Source: Phallusia mammillata
Taxonomy: Eukaryota
Direction: 5' to 3'
Length of the DNA: 64,000 bases
NCBI GenBank assembly: GCA_965637545.1
Contig: OZ281495.1
Coordinates: 4,340,001-4,404,000, forward strand
The notes beneath the pieces were generated by a model, which saw nothing but the letters and a program-made list of their open reading frames with translations, did no database searches and had not been told where the DNA came from. This document shows, one piece after another, positions 49,561 to 61,870 of the stretch (its first letter is position 1; each line of letters opens with the position of its first letter). Position numbers and translations under genes: made by a program.

Positions 49561-52286
49561 AATTTATAATTTGATTTTCAAAAACAAATAAATGACTATT
49601 TTGCAAGCAATAACACGTTGTTACAATTTGTTATCGCTTTATATTTGTATAGATCTTGAAAATTATATTTTTTATTTGACATTTTATGTCGCAAAACAAA
49701 ATTTGTCAATAAAGTGAATCACTAAATTTTACTTTTTGAACATCCATTTTCTAACTCACGATTCCAAATTACTTAAAAACAGGGTTGTCGTTAAGGCTGT
49801 TTAATGACAATAAAACTACAGTTCTTTCTCTCTATGTACCTCATTTCAAATTGATGAAAATCATGATTTGGCAGCACAGCAAAAAATGGTTAAAGTAGAT
49901 CAAATCTAAACTGACGCAGTATCCCAACTTTATGGCATTGACCATGAAAATATACAAAGCAATAAAGTAAGGTACATAGGTGTTTTTTTACATAGTTACA
50001 AAGTACCACAATAGTACATTGTACAATAAAAAACCATGTTAAATATTCATAAGCACAATTATGTTAGTGCTGGGAAATGTTGCTCTTTGTTACATCTAGT
50101 GATAAAGACTCGAAAATACATTGCTCAGCAGCGACACTTTGTGCCCTACATACAACTACCTTGCGACAACTCCAGCCTGCAGACGACAAGTTGTATTGCA
50201 GGACTCAATGATGACTAAAGCAATTTTTAAAGTAATTTAACGGTATATTTTGGTGGAGGTTTGACAAATGATTGTTACCACCCACTGTGAACATAACAGA
50301 ACCAAACTGTTATGATTTACGCTGAACCCAACTTTTTGCAACAATTTTGGATTATATTTAGTGTCAGTTAACGCAGGTTTGCATTGAAAAATGAGTAATT
50401 ACCATATAAACTAACAAAGACAAACTGATTGCAATACATAAAGAGTCGTTTAATGCTGTTAGGTGTGCTCTGCCAAAAAGCTGGGCATAAAGATTTCTAC
50501 GATGCATGGACGATGTTCAGCGAAACTAGATCACTTAAACATTTTCTTTTGAAAAATAGCAGTGGGCATTAACAAAAGACTGTTTCAACTTAGAAAAGGC
50601 GTTAAAGTGCAGTTTAACTGTCCATAAAACAGCCACGTACGCTGGTAAAAGTAAAAAAGGCACGTTTGATATTGTTATTCGAACAAACCACAGCAACAAG
50701 AACACAGTCGTAACAGATACGTTATAAGTAAAGTACAAGAACGCAGCAAGTGTCTCTGGTTATTCTTCGTCTTCTTTTTAAGGCACAGTATTAATGCCAG
50801 ATTGTGTTTAACAGTATGCTACTTTTTATACGCACTGATAAAAAATAAACGTGTTTTCCAATGTTTAGCACATACAATTTATCTTATTAATAAAGCGGGA
50901 TTGCAAATGGAGTTTATTTTTTTGTCGAAAGATGTGAAATATGAATCATTTGTACAAAATCTAGTAAAGGTGAGCTGATAAGTTCTGAAAGTTATAAGAA
51001 ACAAATAAACCTTACAATGTGTGCGGCCAATTGTGTTTGCTCAAGTTACACAGTCAACATGGTTGGTGTCAAAGTCTGTACCAGCACGATGAAGGTCAGC
51101 TGCTTTTTAGAAACATCTATAGCTATTGCTATTTTTTGTGTTTTAACGTTAACGTTCACTACAGTAGTTTTAGCAGGTTTTGTTTATAACTTGAAAAAAT
51201 GTCTATGTGAATCTATTCCCTTTGGTGTGGTTCTATAAAAAAATGCTCGATGGCACAACCCTTAAGGAGGGTTTGTGATCCGACTTCTGGACAAGGTTTT
51301 AGTTTATATCGGGCAATTAATAACGTATTATCCTCCAGCTAAGCTTAAGCTTGTAGTTGGGCGACGGATACGAGTTCTATACCAGTCTAAAATAAAGTTA
51401 ATAAAAAAAAGTTCAAAACTGTAGTGTGGTTAAATAGCGCAATGTGGGGCTGTAGGGCAATGTAAGACGGGGACATTATTCAATAGGTTTCATTATAAAC
51501 ATAGAAATACGTTAATACAGCATGATATGAATATGAATCTTTCTCTTGGAAATCGATGTAGCATTGTCTTCGTTTTGAGTGTCCTGTACTCTGTTCGAAC
51601 CTCTTGAAACAGGTTTAGTTGACAACAAACACATTAAACCACTTTCGTTTTGTGTGTTTACACCCGACGGGCCGCTCAAATAAACAGAACTATTAGTAAA
51701 TTTGTTACGAAAAGTTGGAAAATAAATTTGTCACTAAAGTAGAAATGACAAGACTTCATTTTGGCCCATCAGTTATAAGTTAGGAACCCACTTACCTCGC
51801 GGATGACCCATATTTTGCTAATTATTTATATGTGGCGCATAAGCTAATTTCTTTATTAGGCAGCTAAAGGGGAATAGGTTTAGAATGTATGTCTAGTAGT
51901 TTACATGAGAAATTAAGTTTTATAGCTAGTTTTATCGAATTTTGAATGGTAGCACCTCACCCCGACTGTAACAGCCTTAACCGTGTAAAGTTTACTGAAG
52001 TATCGTTTTAAATGGGTCAATGTGCTTATTGCGCCATCTATCAAAACTTACCTTAATGTGGGCTTGTCGTGATGTATTGTGTTCAGGATTTACCCAACTA
52101 TTGGCACAAAAGTTACTTAAAGTGTTATAATGACTACACTGTAGTCACTACAGTGTGATAAAGGCAACGTTTAAGTGATTTGTTATTCAAGGTTGGTAGT
52201 ATGATTTACTTTTTGTGTTGTCATTCTCTCATACAGTTTTCTTTTAGCTTCCTATGCTTTAGTTGTAAACCAGAAAAAAAATTAAA

Positions 52287-55200
52287 ATGAATTTTTGCTT
52301 GACAATGTGTTTGGCTTTGTTGTTGTTCTGTTCGAAACCATGTACTGCTGGAGAAATCGTTATAGCAAGTGTGTTTCATATTTGAAACAATGTTGATAAA
52401 AATAGTGTTTTAGAATGACGGACTAAGAATTTTCTTTGTAGACTGTGATTGTTCATTGGTCAACTTCTCTCCAATGTACACAACGTGGGCATTACAATAC
52501 AAAGGAACTTTATACACAGCTCAATTGTGCGATATCACATCTGTGTCATGGACTATCAACTATCCAGATGGGAGCACCGAAGTGGCCGCATCTGTTTTGC
52601 TGCTAGACAATAGTTGGATTACGACCAGTTTATTTCCTTCAAGCTCATCATTTACCACAACACTAACTCAACAAACAAACAAATTGTATCAACACAACAT
52701 TGCAAGCCACAGATCCACTAAAATCATCTGCAAATGGAAGCAATTTTGAATTAGTTTCACTCTCAACATCTTCCGCTCAAGCATGCACCGCTAGCGAAAA
52801 CCTATACATCACAGGTAAACTTGTTCAATTTTAAATAAACTAACATTGTGCATTTTAAAACGTTATGCATACGTCAAAATAACCATATTGCAAAGGTTGC
52901 AGGCAAGCATTATTTGATAATGTAGTGGTTATTTCATCTGAAATAACGTACGATTCATCGGGAACGTTTGGTTGTTCAAGTGATGGAAAACTTTTCTACA
53001 CAAATGGGACAGAATTAACAAACAACGAAACAGTTTGTTTGAAATCAGCTCAATGGTTGGGCCAGACTGGATTACAATGCTGGGGAGGTATGTTGAATAA
53101 CTAGTAAGGTTTGTAGTAAAATATTAAACACGCTCCCATTCGATTTTGACATGTTGTTTAGCTCGTTTTGTTAAAACATAACTAAGGTTTTGCTACTAAT
53201 ATTTTGTTAACATTGATTAAGTAACAAGGTCATACTAACGGAGTAAAACGGCTGTTTTTCTGCTCCAGTTACTGTTATGTTGCACGAAAATTCCACTTCC
53301 TGTAATGTGGTTGGCGACACATTAAGCTTGTCATGTTTATACGATGACACATTGCCACAAGGAAATACGACAAAATTTTTTGTGGGATCAAACAGTTTTG
53401 TTGTTCTTAAGGTGCAAATTTTGAATTTTGGGCATCTTTGTATAAACGTCTTTTTCAAAAATCGTTCCTTTTTTAGGGCGACGTAGCTTATATTTTACTA
53501 CAAGAAGAACAAACTAGTTTGCAAATATTTTGCCAAGCTGTAACTCCTTACACTCAAATATACTCACAATATGGAAGATCGGATGTTATTACTATTGATG
53601 CGTTTTGTAAGTATTTATTCTGTTATTGATTCTCCGTTTATAAATGATAGTTGTTTTGTTTTTTTTAGCAAAACCCGAAAAGGCCGAAACTTCCATTGAA
53701 ACATCAAATGACGTCATAAAACATGGAACGACGTTCTTTCTTAATTCATTCCAAACTGTTCCGCTTCATTGCACAAGTGATATTGATTCATTTAATTGTG
53801 TTTGGAAATTTAACCAAACACATATTTCAGCCTCATGTGACACCACCCAATATTTCAACCAGTCAGGGTTCGTCACGTGTCATGTTTCAAACTGTGCTGG
53901 ATCAAAAACAAGCTTTTCCACGGAAATAGTTGTGGTACAATTAAGTATGTATTTGCAAGATGTGAATGTTATAAATTCGCTTTGATAATTGCGTACTATG
54001 ACTGGCGGTAGCTTATTTCGTGTAAGGTAGGTACCGGAAAAAGCTTAATACCAAAATTGCAAATCTAAATACAGTTTCTGTTAGGGTTAGAAAGCAGTAT
54101 AACAAAACGAAATGAACAAATTCCACGGAGGTCTTTCAAACTTCAATTACGAATATCTTGCCTGGCTATGTGAAATGTATTTACTTTTCTCACTTTTCGC
54201 CTTCAAGCCAAACTACTGGCATACGTATTTATGTGAAGCCACCTCTATAGATCGCCTGTAATATCAAGACTAAATCATTAGTTTGTTTAATTGTCACAAA
54301 AGTTAATATGCTATTTTTCAGGAAACGCATGTAAGTATAACGTAAGTTCTGCATAGGAATTGTGTGTACAAAACTTTAATGAACAGATTCGTTCAAACGT
54401 GTTTTTTTTCTGACCAACCTTATGATATAATTATCGTCCCACGTGTGTCAAGTGATATTGTTTACACCGGTTCACTGTTACTACTCAATGGGAATCAGGA
54501 TGTGAGGTTGTTTTGTGAGAGCTATGCCAATCCACAAGCCAACTGCGCATTTTACATCGGAAACGAAACTCCAACGTCATGCAGTATAAACCAGAATGTT
54601 AACACGGATCAATCAGTAGCATGTGTTGCTTCAAATGCTTATGGATATGGGAAATCCCCACCTATGCGACTTGTGGTTGAATAAATGATAGTATGCCTTC
54701 TCTTACCCTGGAAAGTAAAACAATTGACCAATATCATTCATATTTTTACAGAGATTTCCAATATACAACTTGATTCAAGTTGCAATGGACAAATTACAGC
54801 TGGCGATGACATAACTTTGAACTGCAGTGTACTTTACCATACTGAGCTAATGACGTCATTGCTTTGGGAAATTCCATCACATGACCGTGACGTCAATCTG
54901 AATACTGCGTTAGTAGAATTAAACAATTTGACCGGACTTGATTGGGGGAATCATTCATGCTAGCGATACATTTGGGAGAGCAACAAGTGCCCGTTTCATA
55001 GATGTTTGGTGTAAGTAAACATTAGTGACCACAGCAATACATTACTATGTGGCTGATAAGCTTTTATGGGTATTTTTTGCGGTTGCCCCAGTTTCACAAT
55101 TTAACAACTCTGTCAAGTTCAGTCATGATTATGTGGAAACCGGAACCTGTATGTTTCAATTTTCGTCCAATCCTTCGGCAGACTCATGGACGTTAACAGC

Positions 55201-55406
55201 TAATGGTAATTGTACTTTATGTTTTGCATTCTTTTGCGAACACGAAGTGTATTTGTTTCCCTGGTGAGCTTTAACAATTTGTTTACTTTAATAAATACGA
55301 CAGCTTTTAAAATGTTTTTTTTTGTATTGTTGGTTCTGTAGTTTCATGTCCGTTCTGCAGCATTACCTTGGACAACAACATTTTCCAAACTTTTCACCTG
55401 AACATG
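52287..55406 (+). pseudogene. Receptor pseudogene H (F-like ectodomain, no TM exon found)
   Basis: Signal exon 52287-52368. Exon 2 (52442-52814, 373 nt) is frameshifted by an extra ACAA repeat unit near 52675. Sushi, Ig2 and Ig3 are intact. Ig4 is collapsed. The Ig5 acceptor is AG>TG and there is TAA at 54682. TAG at 54961 in Ig6. Homology ends after the MITE near 55700. Confidence 0.85.
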
Positions 55407-57466
55407 GTGCGTATACAAATAAAAAAGCAACTGCCAAACGCTATAAATACTGATTGTTTTCAGTATCTTAATATCTATGGTAATGACAGACACATGGTTG
55501 TTCTTTAAGCAAATCAGATATTCTCAGGGTTGTCACATGAGTCTTTTCTGCATTTAAAGAAAGCATCGATTAGAGCAATGCTTTTGAACTTTGTTCCTCG
55601 GTCCTTTGGGGATCCGTGGAGCAATTTGCCGAAAACCGCAAAATAGTTAAAGTGCTTCTGAAATCTTATTTGGCTACAGTTTTGTGTCACTGAATACGTG
55701 TAAATCGAATTAAAATTGAAGATTCGCTGTCTCCATTGCTTTATCCTTTATTGTGTGACAACTAACAAAAAAGCAATTGTTCGTGTACAATCGTAATGTT
55801 ATTTGCTCTTTTTGTTTTGTATGTGATGTCACAAACTTTGTTTAGATTTTGTTAAGAGTAATTTAACTTGTTAAAATTCTGCAGATTAACTTTCGTTTGC
55901 TAAAATACACATTTCATTTGAAGGACCGTGAGCCTTTGATATAATGACAAAGAGACCATGTAGGAAAAGGTATTGTGTATTGCGTGTTCTTGCGACCTGC
56001 TCTTTCTGATTGAGCTAACAGCAATAGTCCAGCCGTTGGTTAATCTGTTTTATTCAGCACCAACAGTAATGTAATTTAAACGTGGCTTGACCTAGCGTCC
56101 TACGCCCAACCGAAATCGAACAATAGAAGCATGTCTGGGGTAGGGCGAAGTCCTTGTGCCCTGTGCCCCTCGAGAACTTGAAACACATGGTATATACACA
56201 CATATCAAAACAACGTCATCAAACCACGCACGTGGGATCTGTGATTGACCTGGAGGCACGGAACGTTTACATCCTGTGTCAAACCACCATCATTTAGCAA
56301 TTATATGGGGTTGACCTCTGCGGTTTTACGCAATCAAGCACTTGAGGCACATAAATCACGTTATAAGAAAAGTGTCAAGTCACGTCCGCTCTTACTCATG
56401 ATGTCAACACGAATATTAGGTCATTTACGTTACAATAGTCTTTCTCCAAAAAGTGTTTTACATGAAACATTCACAAGAAAGAATTGCGAAACAACATGTG
56501 AAAACAATTGTGACGATACGAAATAAAAGCACTTGATTTACCACACCAAAACTGATACGCGTTAACTAACAGTAAAATTTGTCATAACGCTGGTTCGCCG
56601 GCCATCCGAAAGATCGTAAATCGGAACTCAGCAGTGGTATGGGAAATTCAAATGTCCTATTGCATTGTGCCACAAGTAGTTGTATGAATCACATTTCAGT
56701 AACAAAAAAAATAAACAGCTGCAGTACACGTACAAAAACAGTTTGCTTTGTTTGCTTCGCGAAAAGCTAACGTATTTCTAAGAACCACGAAAAGTAATAA
56801 ATTGTGTTGATCAGGCACAATCGCTACTAAGAGCTAACTTTTCCTCGTTGGCATACTAGAGAATAAAGTGTCTCAACTCGAAAGGTCGAGTCTCCACGAA
56901 GCTAATGGATATCGTGACAAGCAAAAGCGATAATAAAAAGCTTAGTTTCGAAATTAATAGTTCAAATTAAGTGTGTGTTTTCACAACACGTAGCTTTTAA
57001 AGTAGCACATAACAAATAAGGACAAAAAAGGTGTTAGTATAACATATCTCAAAAATGGGGTAGGCAAAGAACTTAATGACATAACAAAAACAAAAAGGAA
57101 AACTTAACTGGTAAGATTTAAAGAAACGTCATCGTTGAATTAGTGATTCATGACGATGCTTGATGTCTTTTGTTGATTCCATAAAAATCCTATTCCATTT
57201 CGACGATGCTTGTTCTGTTTGATGCGTAATCCAGTTATAATAGACAGTTTGTGTTCCTGATCTCCGTAGTCAGTCTCGAATAACGTGATTCGCGATCTCC
57301 GTACCACGAATAATACATGTCCTTCTCAATAGCTCGAGCTCAATTGATTCGTCAAGAAAGTGAAAGCTCGTGCTCTTCAATCCTTCGGACAATCCTTGTA
57401 GATAGATTGATTGATTGATAGTAACCTTCTAGCACTTGGCAAGGTTTAGTTGTTCGTTCGTCAACT

Positions 57467-59228
57467 CACCCGATCCGTCTACTTTTAGGCGCTTTAAACT
57501 GTCGAATTCTGGGTAATCCCGGGCCTTTATGCTGTCATATTATATTCCATGTTATGGATTCTGTGCTTCAAGCGACATGGTTAGCTATTGACATTACGAA
57601 CAGCTTAGGGGGTTACCCTATGTGTTGTTTTCGTTGGGTACTATCCATTTCTGCAATAATAATCGGACGAATATGTCTACAACGTACCACCCTTAGCACT
57701 TCAATGTGCTGCATTTGCTTAAGGGGGTCTACCAAAGTGGACGTTTTTCGAAAGTTTGACGAACAACGAAATTATGTTCCGGCCCCGAGGGGAAAACTTT
57801 GACAAGTTTTTTAAGAACATATAGTAGGGTACTATCCATTTCTGCAATAAAACTCGGACGAATATGTCTACAACGTACCACCCCTAGCACTTTAATGTGA
57901 TCCATTTGCTTAAGGGGGTCTACCAAAGTGGACGTTTTTCGATAGATTCACGAACAACGAAATTATGTTCCGGCTCCGAGGGAAAAACTTAGACCAGTGT
58001 TCATTACAGATTGGTGTACGTGGAGTTTATTGACTATTTACTTGGGTGTTTGCAGAAACGGTATGATGTCCGCAACTCAAGCTTCCAAACATTTTTGGAA
58101 TTCGAAAATATGTTAATAAGGGCATAGCAACAACTTTTAATTTAATTTCAAATTATCCTGAATTGAAAGTAACTCAACTATCTGTAGGCTACAGTTACTG
58201 ATGTTTTAGCAGTACAAGTTCTGTAATGAAGCGAAGTTAGCTTATCGCGCTATGAGTTCCGAACTACGCCGGTTATTCACGTAGGTGTTTATTTTGCTAA
58301 ACTGCTTTTGGTGTGCCCTGTCAGTTCTTGTGAATGCGAGCGAAGTTTTTCAACACTTTGGCGTCTTAAAACATGGCTGAGAAGCACAACTTCCCAGTTT
58401 AGCTTAATCATCTAGCTGTTTGCCACGTGCATTCAGATTTACTCGATCAAGTACCGGTTGAAGAAATCACTGAAGAGTTTGTTGATGTTTCGGAAATTCG
58501 TCGAAATATGTTTGTACATATTTGGCAACAAAACTTATTATGTGTCATAGACTCTTTCGTTTATCATTTTGTTGTGTGTTTACAATACACAAAAACTGAT
58601 AAAACTTAAAATCTGTGTTCTTTTTTACTCCTTATGTTTGCTACAAAAGTTTTGAGGCAACGTATTATGTCAGCAGTCACAGGTCCCCCAAACAATTTTG
58701 GTGGATTTTCGCCCCTGTATAAGGTTGACGTTGTTTTGAGAGTTAAAATGGAGTGATAATGAAAAGCGAGTGTCGTCATTTTTTGTGAAGTTTTGGCTTG
58801 CTACAATGAATATTTCGCAAAATGACTTTCGAAGACCTGCAGAAATATATGATGGCGTCATTATGTGTGTAACGTATCCGAGTTATGATGTAAACCAAAA
58901 CAAAAATGGTATATGTAATAAGCTAAAAATATAATTTGAAACTTGTATGTAGTAATCAATTCAATTGCAATATTTTTTACTAAAAAGGAGCGATTCTCAT
59001 TTCGGCGAAATTACGGTGGTGTTACAGGTTGCAGCAATTTCAACGATATCATTTGTCATTTACGAGCTGCAGCCGACGGATAGAGGGTAATTCCCTCCAA
59101 TGTTTTTCTGTGCAGCGTATTTTTTTGACAGGAGAATCCCTAACACAGATCATAATACGACAGCATAAAGGCCCGGGATTATCCAGAATTCGACAGTTTC
59201 AAGCGTCTGAAATCAGGCGAATCGGGTG
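57467..59228. mobile_element. Unclassified non-autonomous element with TIRs of about 80 bp
   Basis: Left end CACCCGATCCGTCT...AAACTGTCGAATTCTGGGTAATCCCGGGCCTTTATGCTGTC. Right end is its reverse complement, GACAGCATAAAGGCCCGGGATTATCCAGAATTCGACAGTTT...AATCGGGTG. No clear TSD or ORF. Confidence 0.7.
57637..57990. repeat. Two near-identical tandem units of about 190 bp inside the TIR element
   Basis: GGGTACTATCCATTTCTGCAATAA...GAGGG(G)AAAACTT starts at 57637 and 57827. Confidence 0.9.
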
Positions 59229-59254
59229 ATGTAACACTCTTTAAATTTGTACAG

Positions 59255-61870
59255 GGTGTTCTTCCAGTGTCAATGTTGCAGCAACCACAAGCGGATTTTC
59301 TGCATTTACTGAATCACAAGTGTTTCTGCAACATGATCGAAATGTGACAATCAATTGTTATCCCGATGTTGCAAATCCCAAAGCAACAATACCGATGCGG
59401 TTTCTTGTTCCAACACCATTTATTTCAATGAAACATCCACTGCTAATTGCATTGTGAGTAACAAAGTCGGATATGCAAGCAGCGAAACTTTGGATGTTGT
59501 TGTCATATATAAAAGTATGGTATGCATTTAGTTTTTTCTCATTACCGTCATACTTTTACAACTAATCTACATGTACAGGAAATTCCAGCCTTTAAACACT
59601 CGAACAGCCGCACGTCCATGAACAACCTGGAATTTCATACCTCAAGGTCGCTGACTAATCTACAGGCAAACGTAAACAAGGAACTCGTTTATGTTGACAA
59701 TCGGATGCGCCACAATAAACTATCGCTTAATACGAGTAAAACAACGTATTTACTGTTTTGTCCAACCAAGCGCTCAAACACGCAGAAGTTTTCGACTTTC
59801 GTAGGATCGCAGCAAATACAGCAATCAACAGAAACGAAATACCTTGGAGTTAATATCGACGATCAGTTAAAATGGGAGAAACACATAGCCCATGTGGAAC
59901 GAAAACTGGCAAAAGCCTGCAGTATTATGTTCTGCGTGACTACTTTGGACAACAGTTTCTCCGTATTATTTACTACTCTCTTGCGTACCGCTATCTGCAA
60001 TATGCCGTCGCGGCGTGGGGTAGCGGAGACGCTGCATCAATTAAAACGCTTAACATCAAACATAATAAAATTTTGCGAGCTATTACTCGCAGCCCCTACC
60101 GATGTCGCGCTACTCCACTATATCACGACTTGCGTCTTTTAAAATTCAAAGACATTTACAAACTTGAGGTAGCCAAACTATTACATGCGTTTCGTACTGG
60201 TACACTACCTTCCACATACAACTCCCTGTTCACACCCATTGCGTCAGTGCACCACTACAACACCAGAAGGGCTGAAAACCAGAACTACTTTCATCCACGC
60301 GTAAACACCGCGTTCGGCACAAGATCAATTTGTCATCGTGGTCCAAAAGTATGGGAAGAATTACCACACGATATCAAGTTTCTGTCACGCTCGTCCTCTT
60401 TCAAAAAACAGCTGCGCTTACATTTATTAAAGAAATATGACCCCTCAACAATTAATTCACTTCCGGGTCCTCGCTTATACCATGCAGAATACACATAACA
60501 GAGCTTGTTCTCCTATGTCATAACTACCCTAGTTTTCACTTTTTTTGTGTGTGTTTCAGTTTTATCTTAGTGTGATTTTAATTTTAATTTTTTTTTATTC
60601 TATACTATTATATCATTAAACTGGATAACTTGGTCACATACAAAAGAACAAAATACTGCCGTAGGTTTCGTTTTTTTTTTCAGTTCGGCCATCCGAGTCC
60701 AAGACAGTGCAGCACCTTCCCCAGCGAACAACATCTGAGATGTCGTCATCGATCTTACAAAAGCAGAGGAGGAGATGCTCGACGGCAACATTCCCGTCGT
60801 AGCAACAAACTGTCCTCGGGACACCCGGGTCTGCCTACGGGATCACAGGAAACGTTCCGAGGAACCGAGCTGGTGTTTCCGTTTAGGCGGGTTTCATACG
60901 GCCAGCAGAAACTGCGGGTTCAACTACCGTCTTATGCAGCCGGACGTACCCCGCCAAGCTTGTGCTGTCGGTTGTGATCCTACGGCAGAACATACCTACA
61001 ACGGAATTCAACCACAATTCAAATAACAGGACACATGACTCGATAACCTACGGTTTTTTCGGTGTCCTTGCTGTTTACGTATCCGTTCAACAATGGAACT
61101 GTGATGATGATGAAGTGACTATGCAAATAAATTTGATTTGACTTGTGCTATACCCAACTTACGAATTGTGGATCTCAACAGTCCAACTTTGTTTTTATCT
61201 AGTTTGACAAGATTTGATTTAGGAGATTATGCTAGTCATACACAAAACCAGTTTGGAAACGACACAAATACGTTGTGTTTGAACGTGACATGTAACAACT
61301 GTATTCCCAGAACGGCTGCCTTTTTTGCTTGGGACGGTGTTTATTGCATTGGTGGTTTTTGTCTGAAGAAAGCGCTCTTTTAGGCAACGGGTCAATTTTT
61401 TTCTAAATTCACTTAGTCATGTGAAAAAGAAAAAAAATCCTGAATCAGTTTGCTGTTTCTTCAAAGCATATTGTTTAAGGTATGACATTCGCAGGATACA
61501 AACAAAATACTCAAGCTACTTACGCTAATTCTGTAGAAGCTTTGAGGAATGACGAGGATCATAGCAGCGACCGAACTGACCAAATCACTGTACATTATTA
61601 TCGTAAAAACTATTTCTACTAACAAAACATCTTCTTGAATATTCAGTTGCCTTTGCTTGTTTTATTTCAGAAACAGAAATAAGCAATTGTTTCGCATTGC
61701 ATAAACCGTTTAACAGTCACGAGTATTCGGAATTAGGTTAAATGAACAAGAGCCGGACAGGTAAATTCACAGAAAAATGTTTGCTTTTGGTTATTATTTC
61801 GTGTCAATTGATTATTAGGTGCTTATGAAACAACTATTTTAGAGAAAACCTTACCAACGTACAAAAATTA
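59255..61870 (+). pseudogene. Decayed receptor I: Ig exons and tyrosine-motif tail exons interrupted by a LINE
   Basis: Frameshifted Ig5-like exon at about 59255-59510 (VTINC..ANPKA / TANCIVSNKVGYASS). Ig6-like remnant at about 61140-61291 (SSLTRFDLGDYASHTQNQFG). Candidate tail exons at 61495 (ATYANSV), 61671 (HEYSELG*) and 61820 (AYETT). No TM exon found. Confidence 0.55.
59560..60600 (+). mobile_element. 5'-truncated CR1/L2-type LINE (C-terminal reverse transcriptase region, frameshifted)
   Basis: ORFs 59522-60142 and 59872-60498 encode NKLSLNTSKT...KYLGVNIDDQLKWEKHI and IYYSL..RYLQYAVAAWG...LYHDLRLLKFKDIY, typical of CR1/L2-clade ORF2 ends. A T-rich 3' region follows. Confidence 0.85.

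Noticed and set aside
51017-51238. 73-aa ORF with a hydrophobic TM-like stretch as a micropeptide gene
   Set aside because: The homologous block near 39500 has a stop shortly after STMK and no hydrophobic continuation, and AT-rich DNA often gives hydrophobic ORFs.
47113-57990. 36-bp and 190-bp repeats as CRISPR arrays
   Set aside because: They are head-to-tail tandem copies with no unique spacers or cas genes, in a eukaryotic context.
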